64,000 nucleotides of DNA from Candidatus Geocrenenecus huangii (lineage in GTDB: Archaea > Thermoproteota > Nitrososphaeria_A > Caldarchaeales > Wolframiiraptoraceae), in NCBI GenBank assembly GCA_023254095.1, contig JALNLM010000007.1, forward strand, positions 23,591 to 87,590, written 5' to 3'. The position numbers and the translations under genes are program-made. Each line of letters opens with the position of its first letter. The first letter of the stretch is position 1. The notes beneath the pieces are model-generated. The model made no database searches and had not been told where the DNA came from. It saw only the letters and a program-made list of their open reading frames with translations. Of the stretch, positions 9,680-19,523 are shown piece after piece.

Positions 9680-9910
9680 ACAAACAACCTAATTAACGTA
9701 TTAATAAACTTCAACTATCCAGAAAACCCAAAGCCATCGATCCCAAGCATTGAATACTCCAATCACCCTTTCTGAGAATTCGGGATTGTGGAGCCATGTA
9801 TTCTCTCAGATGAAATACATTTTAACTAGTATTTACTATAATTTCTCAGAGAATGTATAGCTTCTTCAATTCTGCTAGAATGCTTGTAGGCTTTTGACTA
9901 CTAGCTCTAC

Positions 9911-11185
9911 TTGGAGGTGTCTCTATACTTGGAGGTTAAATTCGATAGAAAAGATTCTGTAACCCTATACAAATTTAAGAAGCTGATTAGAGAACTTGAA
10001 TCTAAAGAAGGTAGAGGCACTGAGCTTATATCAATATATATTCCACCCGGTAAACCTATCTCCGACGTCATAGGGTATCTTAGACAAGAATATTCAACCG
10101 CAGCGAACATAAAGTCTAAGACGACTAGGAAGAATGTTCAAGACGCTATTGAGAGCGCTATCCAGAGATTGAAGCTGTTCAATAGAGCTGGACCAACGGG
10201 ATTGATAGTATTTAGTGGAGCAGTACCTCAAAATGGTCCCGGAAAAGAGAAAATAGAAGTATACCACATCATCCCTCCGGAACCAATAGACATCTTCTTG
10301 TATAGATGTGATAGTAAATTCTATCTTGATCCTCTTAAAGATCTGTTGAAAGAAAAAGACGTCTATGGAGTAATAGTAATTGATAATGAAGAAGCCGCCG
10401 TAGCAGTAATAAAAGGTAGAAGAATTGTTGAGATGAAGAAATTTACTTCAGGTGTTCCAGGCAAGCATAGAGCTGGTGGACAGTCATCCCGAAGATTTGA
10501 GAGATTGAGAGAAATGAGTTTAAACGAGTATTATAAGAGGGTTGGAGACCATGCGAATCAGATACTTCTCCAGTATCCGGAGTTGAAGGGAATAATACTT
10601 GGAGGGCCGGGACCAACAAAAGAAATATTTGCGGAAGGAGACTATCTACACTACACGTTTAAAGACAAAATACATGCCGTCGATACATCGTATTCTGGTG
10701 AAGAAGGTGTAAGAGAAGCAATCCAGAAAGCTAGAGATTTCTTGAAGGAAGTTAGAATGATTGAAGAACAAGAAATGGTTAGGAGATTCATGAGCGAGAT
10801 AGCCTCGGAGAATCCCGCGGTAGTCTATGGGGAGAAGGAAGTTCTACAAGCATTGAAGTCCAGGACCGTAGAGATACTGCTGGTCTCAGAGGACCTCGAG
10901 AGAGTCTACATCGAGGTAAAATGTGGAAATTGCGGAGAAAAATATTCATACATGCTGGATGAATCCGAGCTGACCTCGAAAGTTCCCGAGATACTTTCTA
11001 AACAATGCTCAAGATGTGGTGCTCAGTCTTTACAGCTAGCTGACCAGAAATCGATGGTTGATTTCTGGATAGAAGAAGGGGAGAGAGCTCAAGCAAGAGT
11101 AGAACTGGTATCTTCAAGCCATGAAGAAGGAGAGATATTGAAGAAGGCTTTTGGGGGAGTGGCGGGGCTACTGAAAGGACACTAG
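9911..11185 (+). CDS. prf1: Archaeal peptide chain release factor aRF1
   Basis: GTELISIYIP, NIKS, YRCDSKF, GGQS motifs; CxxC...CxxC mini-domain. Confidence 0.95.
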   Translation: MEVSLYLEVKFDRKDSVTLYKFKKLIRELESKEGRGTELISIYIPPGKPISDVIGYLRQEYSTAANIKSKTTRKNVQDAIESAIQRLKLFNRAGPTGLIVFSGAVPQNGPGKEKIEVYHIIPPEPIDIFLYRCDSKFYLDPLKDLLKEKDVYGVIVIDNEEAAVAVIKGRRIVEMKKFTSGVPGKHRAGGQSSRRFERLREMSLNEYYKRVGDHANQILLQYPELKGIILGGPGPTKEIFAEGDYLHYTFKDKIHAVDTSYSGEEGVREAIQKARDFLKEVRMIEEQEMVRRFMSEIASENPAVVYGEKEVLQALKSRTVEILLVSEDLERVYIEVKCGNCGEKYSYMLDESELTSKVPEILSKQCSRCGAQSLQLADQKSMVDFWIEEGERAQARVELVSSSHEEGEILKKAFGGVAGLLKGH

Positions 11186-11667
11186 CCAGGCTGCTCAATA
11201 GTTTCCTTCGCGTAGACGCTGAAGATCGGTCTGAACCCGAATTTCTCATAGAATGAGACAGCGATAGTATTCAGAGATGGAAAGCTTACAGTTATGAAGC
11301 TTACTTTATTTCTAAGCTTCTCGATCGCGTACTCAAGCATCTTTTTACCTATACCCATCCGCCTATATTGTGGAAGAATGTAGAATTCCTGTATCTGTCC
11401 TTCAAGAGGTGGGTCGTAGAAGACCCGATTAATGTATCCTGCCTTCAGTACGGCCACGATCCTTCCCTTGTGCTCAGCTACTATAACGAGTGAATTTTCA
11501 GACCGTATTGCCTCCTTCATATATTCCCTGCATGATTGCTCAAGATTTTCAGATACATTAAGTAGTGGGTCAAATTCCTCATTCAATCTCTTAAGTCTAG
11601 CCACCAGCATAGCTACCTGGTCTAAATCTTTCTCGTTTGCTTCTCTAAAAACTACTTCCGCCATCAT
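11182..11667 (-). CDS. GNAT acetyltransferase
   Basis: YILPQYRRMGIGK and AVSFYEKFGF. Confidence 0.88.
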   Translation of the reverse strand: MMAEVVFREANEKDLDQVAMLVARLKRLNEEFDPLLNVSENLEQSCREYMKEAIRSENSLVIVAEHKGRIVAVLKAGYINRVFYDPPLEGQIQEFYILPQYRRMGIGKKMLEYAIEKLRNKVSFITVSFPSLNTIAVSFYEKFGFRPIFSVYAKETIEQPG

Positions 11668-11801
11668 CTCTCACAGTAGGATCATCTTACTTCTTAATAA
11701 AGTGTAATCTGCGTATTTCTCATAATTCTTATCTGTAAGTTTAAGGTTAAGTTAATTTCATGGATAAGGATGGAGATCGGTAGAATGTTGGGTGAGATTC
11801 T

Positions 11802-12701
11802 TTGAAGAAGGTTTCAGAGCATGTTTATCTTCTTGATACGCATGCATTAGGATTTCAGGAATTTGTAGCTGCTTACCTTATCGTTGGAGATAAATCATCT
11901 GCAATAGTAGATATTGGTTATGCTTCATCTTTACCGAAGGTTCTAGAAGAGCTTAGCGGAGTAGGTTTAAAACCTATAGATATAGACTACATCATCCCAA
12001 CCCACCTCCACTTAGATCATGCTGGAGCTACTTCATACTTTATCGAAAACTCAAAGAAAAGCATCGTATTATGTCATCCTAGAGCTGTAAAACATTTTCT
12101 AGACCCGAGCAAGCTTAATGCTAGTGTAAGAGAGATCTACGGAGACTTTGCATCATTTTTCGGATTAGCTGAGCCGGTCCCAATCGAGAATATTAGAAGT
12201 GTTCAAGATTATGAAAGAATAGATCTTGGAGGTGTTTCTTTAAGATTCCTATATGCTCCAGGCCATGCGCCTCACCAAATCGTAGTTTACGTAGAAGAAG
12301 ATGAGGCATTAATTACTGGGGATGCAGTATCCATTGAAACTCCTTCTTTTCCTTTAAGAGTCCCCACGACCCCTCCTCCAAGCTACAACTACATTGAGGC
12401 AGTAGAGACTCTAAATAAGCTGTCAAAGCTGAAATCCAGGATTATTCTTAGACCACATTTCGGAGTGAAGGCATGGTCTCCAGAATACTTTAAGGAAGAA
12501 TTCACTTTACTGGAAAAATGGAAGAAAGATGTTGAAGAAACAATGAAGGAACAAGCAAACATGGATGATGCAGTAAGAAATTTAATAAACAAGTATGTTG
12601 GAGATTACAAATTCCAATTATCCAACATGCCTATATACCTATATGTGACTATAAAAATATCGTGTCTAGGCATGATGAAGTACCTAGAAGATCAACGTTA
12701 G
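11802..12701 (+). CDS. Metallo-beta-lactamase fold hydrolase
   Basis: THLHLDHAG, PGHAPH, TGDA, PHFG. Confidence 0.88.
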   Translation: MKKVSEHVYLLDTHALGFQEFVAAYLIVGDKSSAIVDIGYASSLPKVLEELSGVGLKPIDIDYIIPTHLHLDHAGATSYFIENSKKSIVLCHPRAVKHFLDPSKLNASVREIYGDFASFFGLAEPVPIENIRSVQDYERIDLGGVSLRFLYAPGHAPHQIVVYVEEDEALITGDAVSIETPSFPLRVPTTPPPSYNYIEAVETLNKLSKLKSRIILRPHFGVKAWSPEYFKEEFTLLEKWKKDVEETMKEQANMDDAVRNLINKYVGDYKFQLSNMPIYLYVTIKISCLGMMKYLEDQR

Positions 12702-12732
12702 GTTTTTGATATACTGTAATTATAGTATTTAC

Positions 12733-13650
12733 ATGATAACTGTGGTTGGGTCCGGACGTGTAGGTATCTCTGTAGCAATTCATATCGCGTTGAAAGAATT
12801 GGATGATATAACCTTGATAGATATTGTCGAAGGTCTACCTCAAGGAGAAGCTTTAGACCTATCTCATATGTGTGGGATACTTGGGATAGATGTAGATATC
12901 CGTGGATCAAATGATTACAAGGATATGACCGGCTCTGATATAGTTGTTATTCCAGCTGGATTTATTCGGAAAGCAGATATGACCAGAATGGACTTATTAT
13001 TCAAGAATTACGAAGTAATAAAACAGGTTTCTGAAAAAGTTAAAGAATATGCTCCGAAATCCAAGGTAATAATTGTAACTAACCCGTTAGACGTTATGAC
13101 TTACGTTGCATACAAGGTTACAGGTTTCGAGAGAAATAGGGTAATAGGTTTCAGCGGTCCACTAGATACTGGAAGATTCAAGACATTGATAAAGAGGGAA
13201 CTGGGCGTTTCATACAAATCGATGGATGTGCCTATAATAGGAGAACATGGAGAAACAATGGTCCTACTTCCCAGACATACATATGTATGCGGTAAACCCC
13301 TCGTAGAGCTCTTACCGAAAGAGAAGATAGACCAAATAGTTGAAGAAACGAAGAAGATGGGAGCCCAGGTAATCAAGTTGAAGGGCTGGTCTGCATCTCA
13401 TGCTCCAGGCGCAGGGGTCGCTATAATGGTTGAGTCAATAGTGAAAGACCAGAAAAGAGTTATACCTACCTCTGTATATCTAAATGGGGAGTACGGCGTA
13501 TCAGATGTATGTCTTGTTGTTCCAGCAGTGCTAGGAAAGAATGGTGTAGAAAGTATCATCGAGCTTCCACTGAATAATGAAGAGAAGAACGCTTTCATAA
13601 AAAGTGCAGAGACGGTCAAGAACGCTATATCACAGCTAAAACTTCAGTAA
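12733..13650 (+). CDS. mdh: Malate dehydrogenase (LDH-like)
   Basis: GSGRVG, RKADMTRMDL with the malate-specific Arg, VTNPLD, IGEHG; start at 12733 preferred. Confidence 0.88.
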   Translation: MITVVGSGRVGISVAIHIALKELDDITLIDIVEGLPQGEALDLSHMCGILGIDVDIRGSNDYKDMTGSDIVVIPAGFIRKADMTRMDLLFKNYEVIKQVSEKVKEYAPKSKVIIVTNPLDVMTYVAYKVTGFERNRVIGFSGPLDTGRFKTLIKRELGVSYKSMDVPIIGEHGETMVLLPRHTYVCGKPLVELLPKEKIDQIVEETKKMGAQVIKLKGWSASHAPGAGVAIMVESIVKDQKRVIPTSVYLNGEYGVSDVCLVVPAVLGKNGVESIIELPLNNEEKNAFIKSAETVKNAISQLKLQ

Positions 13651-14270
13651 GGGACAAATCTCCTCGGCTTAGGGATCATGAATCCGGGCATATTCTCTTC
13701 ATATTTTTTTATCCTCTCTATATGATTCTTTAAGGTCAATTCTATCTCGTCTAGGCCTTGCAGAAATCTCTCCCTAACTACGTTATTCATCTCAAACCTG
13801 ATTATATTATCTTTGAATTCGATAGTATTCTTCTCCAAGTCTATCTTTAATACCAAAGTTTCTCTTTCCGCCAATTCCTGAAGCATCTTTACTTCTTCTT
13901 CAGGCAACTTTATACATAGAAGCATATTCTTGATAGAATTAACGTAGAATATGTCTCCAAATGATGGGGCTATAACACATCTTATCCCAAGGTCTTGAAG
14001 AGCCCAGACAGCGTTTTCTCTAGAAGAACCAATGCCGAAGTTTCTCCCAGCTATAAGTATAGAAGCATCCGAGTATCTAGGATCGTTAAGGATGAAGTCT
14101 CTCTTAAGACTTCCATCTTCATTATATCTCCAGCGATAGAAACAGTATCTCCCCAAGCCCTTCTTACTAAGTATCTTTAGAAACTCCGCTGGGATAATCT
14201 GGTCTGTGTCAACATTATCTAATTTTAGAGGTGCAGCCTTACCTTCTATAACTCTAATAGCCTCCAGCAT
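13644..14270 (-). CDS. leuD: 3-isopropylmalate dehydratase small subunit
   Basis: NVDTDQIIPA, NFGIGSSRENAVWAL, SFGDIF. Confidence 0.93.
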   Translation of the reverse strand: MLEAIRVIEGKAAPLKLDNVDTDQIIPAEFLKILSKKGLGRYCFYRWRYNEDGSLKRDFILNDPRYSDASILIAGRNFGIGSSRENAVWALQDLGIRCVIAPSFGDIFYVNSIKNMLLCIKLPEEEVKMLQELAERETLVLKIDLEKNTIEFKDNIIRFEMNNVVRERFLQGLDEIELTLKNHIERIKKYEENMPGFMIPKPRRFVPY

Positions 14271-15699
14271 GCTCTAGCACCTCCTCTCTACTAGGCAAGT
14301 CTAGTTCTCTGACATCTACAAATCTGCCGTAGACTGCCGCGGCAGCAGCCATCAGGGGGCTTACTAGATGAGTTCTACCGCCTGGTCCCTGCCTATTCTC
14401 AAAATTTCTATTAGAAGTGCTTGCAGACCTCTCTCCGGGTTTTAGTCTATCCTCATTCATAGCTATACACATGCTGCATCCAGGGTTTCTCCACTCGAAT
14501 CCGGCATCGATGAATATTCTATGGAGACCGAGTCTTTCAGCCGTTCTCTTGGTTAGCTGAGACCCTGGGACGACGAATGCTCTCACGTTATGCATAACTT
14601 TTCTACCTAAGGCGACCCTCGCAGCATCTAATAAGTCTGTCAACCTACCATTAGTACATGAACCAATAAAAACTACGTCGACTCCTATGTCTGTAATCTT
14701 TGTGCCTGGTCTCAACCCCATATAATCTAAAGCTCTTTCTATTGCATGTCTTTCATCTGGGTCGTCGAAATCCTTTGGGTCTGGTATTTCTTCACTGACT
14801 CCCAAGGTCATAGCAGGGTTTGTACCCCACGTTACCTGGGGTTCTAGTTTATTTACACTAAACCTTATAATTTTATGATACTCTGCATCTGGGTCGCTTA
14901 CGATTTTTTTCCAGTATTCTAGTGCTTCACCCCATTCATCATCGGCCGGAGCATATGGTCTGCCTTTAACATAATTGAATACCTGCTCGTCTGGAGAGAT
15001 TATCGCTGTCCTCGCTCCCCCCTCTATCGCCATGTTGCATAATGTCATACGTTCCTCAACATTCATCCTTCTAATAGCTTCTCCATCATACTCCACTATG
15101 TATCCAATCCCTCCGCCTGTACCGATGTTCCTTATTATCCATAGGATTACATCCTTGGCTGTAACACCTTCAGATAGTTTTCCATCGAGTGTTATAAGCA
15201 TCTTTCTAGGTTTCTTAAGCCATAACGTTTGTGTTGCTAATACATGTTCTCCCTCGCTCGTACCTATCCCGAATGCCAATGCACCCAATGCGCCATGCGT
15301 AGATGTATGACTATCTCCGCATACTAGAGTTATTCCAGGAATTGTTAAGCCGAGCTCCGGTCCAATAACATGTACTATTCCCTGGTAGGGGCTATACAAG
15401 TCGAATAATGTTATTCCAAAATCTCTCGTATTCCTTTCTAGTGCAGCTATCTGTTTTGCGGATAATTCATCTCTTATCGGTTTTAGTCTATCTGTTGTAG
15501 GGACGTTATGGTCGGTTACGGCAAATGTAAGGTCCGGTCTACGAACTCTTCTATTCTTCTCTCTAAGTCCTTCAAAAGCCATGGGAGAAGTAACTTCGTG
15601 AGTTAAATGCCTGTCAACGTAGAGTAATGTTTCACCATCTTCTTTCTCATAGACTGTATGGATTTCCCAAATCTTATCGAAGATACTTCTACCCGCCAA
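14254..15699 (-). CDS. leuC: 3-isopropylmalate dehydratase large subunit (long, bacterial-like)
   Basis: HEVTSP, CGDSHTSTHGA, GSCTNGR, GCSMC, STSNRNFENRQG. Confidence 0.94.
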   Translation of the reverse strand: MAGRSIFDKIWEIHTVYEKEDGETLLYVDRHLTHEVTSPMAFEGLREKNRRVRRPDLTFAVTDHNVPTTDRLKPIRDELSAKQIAALERNTRDFGITLFDLYSPYQGIVHVIGPELGLTIPGITLVCGDSHTSTHGALGALAFGIGTSEGEHVLATQTLWLKKPRKMLITLDGKLSEGVTAKDVILWIIRNIGTGGGIGYIVEYDGEAIRRMNVEERMTLCNMAIEGGARTAIISPDEQVFNYVKGRPYAPADDEWGEALEYWKKIVSDPDAEYHKIIRFSVNKLEPQVTWGTNPAMTLGVSEEIPDPKDFDDPDERHAIERALDYMGLRPGTKITDIGVDVVFIGSCTNGRLTDLLDAARVALGRKVMHNVRAFVVPGSQLTKRTAERLGLHRIFIDAGFEWRNPGCSMCIAMNEDRLKPGERSASTSNRNFENRQGPGGRTHLVSPLMAAAAAVYGRFVDVRELDLPSREEVLEHAGGY

Positions 15700-15836
15700 T
15701 TTTTCTCTCCCATATTTCTTGAGAATTCTTATTTAGGCTTTTACAATTTTTCCAACAAGTGTAGTCTTGAAAAGATCGATTATTTACTTTAAATGTTTAT
15801 ATCATTTACAGAAAGCAGTATATATGGTGAAAGATT

Positions 15837-16988
15837 ATGGATTTTAAGTTAACTGAAGAGCAGTTAGAGATAAAGAAAGCTGTAAGAGAATTTTGTGAGA
15901 AGGAATTTAAACCCGAGCTGGCCGCCGAACTTGATGAGAAGGAAGAGTTCCCAATGGAGCTTTACAAGAAGGCTGCGAGCCTCGGGTTTGTAGGATTATC
16001 TTTTCCAGAAGAATATGGTGGTCAAGGATATGGGTATCTGGAGGCATGCTTAGTAATAGAAGAAATGTGTAGAGCTGATTCTTCACTCGGTCTAGCAGCG
16101 ATGATAGGTACTTTCGGAAGCGAGTTAATATTACGGCATGGAACAGAAGAACAAAAAGAAAACTATATCCCAAAGGTTGTAAGAGGGGAATACATATCGG
16201 CGGCTGCTTTCACAGAGCCTGCTCGGGGGAGCGACTTAACAAAGCTAGATACAATAGCGGTAAAATATGGTGGAGAATGGTGGATTAATGGAACCAAGAC
16301 ATTCATAACCAATGCTCCTATCGCGAACTTCATTATAGTATTATGTCAGACGGATACAAAAGTTAGGCCAACATACCGTGGACAAACATTGTTCGTTGTC
16401 GATAAAGGGACTCCCGGACTTGAAGTAACAAAACAAAAACGAAAACTGGGGATTAGATGTACAGCTACGGGAGAAGTATCTTTGAGGGACGTTAAAGTAT
16501 CAGACTGGAATATGGTTGGAGAATTGAATAGAGGATTCTATCATTCAATGGAGTTCTTCGACCGTAGTAGAGTGATAGTTGCTGCGCAAGCCGTGGGGAC
16601 AGCTCAAGGAGCATTCGAGATAGCCTTCAAATATGCTAAAACCAGAGAAGCATTCGGTCAACCAATAATACAATTTGAAGATATTGGGTGTAGATTAGCT
16701 GAAGCAGCTACTAAGATAGAGGCGGCCCGACTCTTAACCTACAAGGCTGCATGGCTAATAGACCAAGGACAGATGGATCCAATGATTACCTCTATGGCTA
16801 AGCTTTACGCAGGCAGGGTGGCTGTCGAAACGGCTGACTTATCAATACAAGTATTGGGAGGATACGGATATATGGGGGATTACAGGGTAGAGAAATACTT
16901 CAGAGATGCTAAGATTACAGAAATATATGAAGGGACATCAGAGATACAGAGGTTAACTACACTGAAGCATCTATTGACTAAATTCTAA
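15837..16988 (+). CDS. Acyl-CoA dehydrogenase
   Basis: FTEPARGSD, INGTKTFITN, GGYGY, IYEGTSEIQR. Confidence 0.94.
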   Translation: MDFKLTEEQLEIKKAVREFCEKEFKPELAAELDEKEEFPMELYKKAASLGFVGLSFPEEYGGQGYGYLEACLVIEEMCRADSSLGLAAMIGTFGSELILRHGTEEQKENYIPKVVRGEYISAAAFTEPARGSDLTKLDTIAVKYGGEWWINGTKTFITNAPIANFIIVLCQTDTKVRPTYRGQTLFVVDKGTPGLEVTKQKRKLGIRCTATGEVSLRDVKVSDWNMVGELNRGFYHSMEFFDRSRVIVAAQAVGTAQGAFEIAFKYAKTREAFGQPIIQFEDIGCRLAEAATKIEAARLLTYKAAWLIDQGQMDPMITSMAKLYAGRVAVETADLSIQVLGGYGYMGDYRVEKYFRDAKITEIYEGTSEIQRLTTLKHLLTKF

Positions 16989-17027
16989 AATATCTTAATA
17001 TATGATCTATTATGTGAGGTGGCGTGC

Positions 17028-17816
17028 ATGTCGAAAGCTTATGAAACGATAAGAGTTGAAAGAGAGGATCGAATCGCCTGGATCATATTGAATAGACCTC
17101 ATAGACTGAATGCTCTAAATGATGTTATGATGGAGGAGCTCCTAGATGCTTTAACGACGATCGAGAATGACCCGGGTGTAAGAGCGGTTATAATAACAGG
17201 TGAAGGTGATAGAGCCTTCAGCGCCGGCGCAGATGTAACTGCCTTCCCTAAAGCTACGCCGGTCACGGCTGAGGAACTTTCAAGGAAAGGTCAAAAAGTT
17301 TTCTCAATGATTGAAGAGCTCTCCAAGCCTGTTGTAGCGGCTATTAATGGTTATGCATTAGGTGGAGGGCTGGAGTTAGCCTTAGCATGTGATTTCAGGA
17401 TAGCTTCAGAGCATGCTGAATTAGGGAGCCCGGAGATAAATCTTGGGATAATTCCTGGTTGGGGAGGCACGCAGAAGCTGGTAAGAATAATTGGTTTAAG
17501 AAATGCTAAGAGGCTGGTAATGCTTGGGGAAAGATTGAAAGCTGAAGAAGCACTCCAGATAGGTTTGGTCGACAAAGTTGTACCTTTCGAGAAGCTTAGG
17601 GATGAAGCAATGATTTTGGCTCAAAGGCTATCTGAGGGGCCACCGATAGCTTTGAAGTATGCTAAGTATGCTTTAAACTTCGGTAGTCAAGTCCCATTAG
17701 AAGTCGGTCTTAGACTCGAGTCAGCTCTCATGGCTCTACTCTTCTCTACAAACGACGTTAAGAGAGGGATAGAAGCATTTATGTCAAGATCAAAACCTGA
17801 GTTTAAAGGAGACTGA
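17028..17816 (+). CDS. Enoyl-CoA hydratase (crotonase)
   Basis: LNRPHRLNAL, FSAGAD, ALGGGLELALACD, PEINLGIIPGWGG. Confidence 0.93.
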   Translation: MSKAYETIRVEREDRIAWIILNRPHRLNALNDVMMEELLDALTTIENDPGVRAVIITGEGDRAFSAGADVTAFPKATPVTAEELSRKGQKVFSMIEELSKPVVAAINGYALGGGLELALACDFRIASEHAELGSPEINLGIIPGWGGTQKLVRIIGLRNAKRLVMLGERLKAEEALQIGLVDKVVPFEKLRDEAMILAQRLSEGPPIALKYAKYALNFGSQVPLEVGLRLESALMALLFSTNDVKRGIEAFMSRSKPEFKGD

Positions 17817-17854
17817 ATTGAAGAACATGGATTCTCATCCGAGATGAATGATTG

Positions 17855-19021
17855 ATGGGGAAGGTAGCTGTAATAGGAGTAGGACACAGCAAGTTTGGGG
17901 ATAGGCAAGAAGTAAATGTTAAAGAGCTTGCATTCGAATCTGTTAAACCAGCTCTGGAGGAAGCTGGAATAACACGGAAAGATATTCCGTTTGTTTCCGT
18001 AGGATCGGTCGGGGTCTGGTACGAAGAACCTCTACCAGCAGTGGCAATCGCTGAATACTGTGGATTAACAGGCGCAGGACTAACTAGAGTAGAAGCAGCA
18101 TGTGCAACTGGAAGCGCAGCGGTATATTCCGGGTACACGGCTATTGCGAGTGGATACGTAGATCTCGCGTTGGTTATCGGTGTCGAGAAGATGAGGGAAG
18201 TTGATACTTTCACTGCTGTAGAATTGATGGGTAGAGCAGGTTCATATTTGTGGGAATTTGAAAATTTCGGCTTAACTTTTCCAGGCTACTACGCTCTTTA
18301 CGCTACAGCATATATGAACAGATTTGGAGCAACTGAAGAAGACCTCGCATTGGTCGCTGTGAAGAATCATAAGTATGGAGCATTAAACCCCCTAGCTCAA
18401 TTACAGAGAGAGATTACAGTTGAAGATGTATTGTCCTCGTATGTTGTTGCGTGGCCTCTTAAACTATATGATTGCTGCCCGATAACAGATGGAAGCGCAG
18501 CCATAGTATTAGCATCAGAGGAGAAAGTAAGAGAGCTAAGAATAGATGCACCTGTATGGATAGCGGGGATAGGATACTCTTCTGGAACGGGAACATTATC
18601 TTATAGAGGCGGTTTCATAGGATTGGATGCAGCTGTCAGAGCATCTAGAATGGCTTATAGTAGGTCTGGGGTAGAAGCTAAAGATATCGAGGTTGCCGAG
18701 GTTCATGATTGCTTTACGATAGCCGAGATAATGGCTTACGAGGATCTAGGCTTCTGTAATAGAGGAGAAGGCTTCAAGATAGTGAGGGAGGGACAAACAG
18801 AAATAGGTGGAAAGATCCCCGTAAATATTGATGGGGGATTGAAAGCTAAAGGGCACCCCATAGGAGCTACAGGTGTATCGATGATTGTAGAATTAACTAA
18901 ACAGTTAAGAGAAGAGGTTAAGCCTAGGTCCCGCCAGGCTCCTATGAGAAATTATGTGGCCCTAGCTCATAACGTTGGCGGGACAGGCCACTATTGTTAT
19001 GTAACCATTCTTAGAAGGTGA
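17855..19021 (+). CDS. Archaeal/SCP2-type thiolase
   Basis: VEAACATG, EVHDCFT, KGHPIGATG, HNVGG. Confidence 0.92.
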   Translation: MGKVAVIGVGHSKFGDRQEVNVKELAFESVKPALEEAGITRKDIPFVSVGSVGVWYEEPLPAVAIAEYCGLTGAGLTRVEAACATGSAAVYSGYTAIASGYVDLALVIGVEKMREVDTFTAVELMGRAGSYLWEFENFGLTFPGYYALYATAYMNRFGATEEDLALVAVKNHKYGALNPLAQLQREITVEDVLSSYVVAWPLKLYDCCPITDGSAAIVLASEEKVRELRIDAPVWIAGIGYSSGTGTLSYRGGFIGLDAAVRASRMAYSRSGVEAKDIEVAEVHDCFTIAEIMAYEDLGFCNRGEGFKIVREGQTEIGGKIPVNIDGGLKAKGHPIGATGVSMIVELTKQLREEVKPRSRQAPMRNYVALAHNVGGTGHYCYVTILRR

Positions 19022-19467
19022 GCAGTGTGAGCGAGATCCCAGCAATACGTTCAAGAAAACTCGAAATAACATACAACATACCGATAAGTAAGACTAAGAA
19101 ATTCTGGGATGAGTTGAGAGAGGGAAAAATCTATGCCACAAAATGCAAGAAGTGTGGGAGACTATATTTTCCGCCTGTAGCAGATTGCGGAGAATGCTAT
19201 TCTTCTGAAGTAGAATGGGTTGAGCTAAGCGGTGAAGGAGAACTCCTAACCTTTACTCACATAATCGTTAGACCTACAAGCTTCCAAGACCAGCAACCCT
19301 ACACCGTTGCAATCGCTCAATTGAAAGAAGGTGTAAAAGCACTTGCATGGTTAACAGACGTTAAGAAGAAAGATATCAAGATAGGAATGAGGGTGAAGCT
19401 TGTTCCAAAAGTCTTTGAAGACGGGAGAGTTGCATACGAGTTTAAGCCTGCTGAAAAGAAAAAGTAA
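19018..19467 (+). CDS. DUF35 Zn-ribbon/OB-fold thiolase partner
   Basis: CKKCG..FPP..DCGEC followed by an OB fold; overlaps the thiolase stop. Confidence 0.9.
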   Translation: MSSVSEIPAIRSRKLEITYNIPISKTKKFWDELREGKIYATKCKKCGRLYFPPVADCGECYSSEVEWVELSGEGELLTFTHIIVRPTSFQDQQPYTVAIAQLKEGVKALAWLTDVKKKDIKIGMRVKLVPKVFEDGRVAYEFKPAEKKK

Positions 19468-19476
19468 TGTGAGGCT

Positions 19477-19488
19477 GAAAAGTATATA
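19477..19488 (+). promoter_or_regulatory. Putative BRE-TATA promoter for the 3-hydroxyacyl-CoA dehydrogenase gene
   Basis: GAAAAG followed by TATATA about 36 nt upstream of the TTG start; GAGGTG SD-like motif between them. Confidence 0.4.
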
Positions 19489-19523
19489 CGTGATAGAGTA
19501 CAAAAATAGTCGAGGTGTAGCTT

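Noticed and set aside
9770-9855. Recurrent TTCTGAGAA/TTCTCAGA motifs between rpsJ and aRF1
   Set aside because: Similar words occur throughout the window, so this is likely compositional
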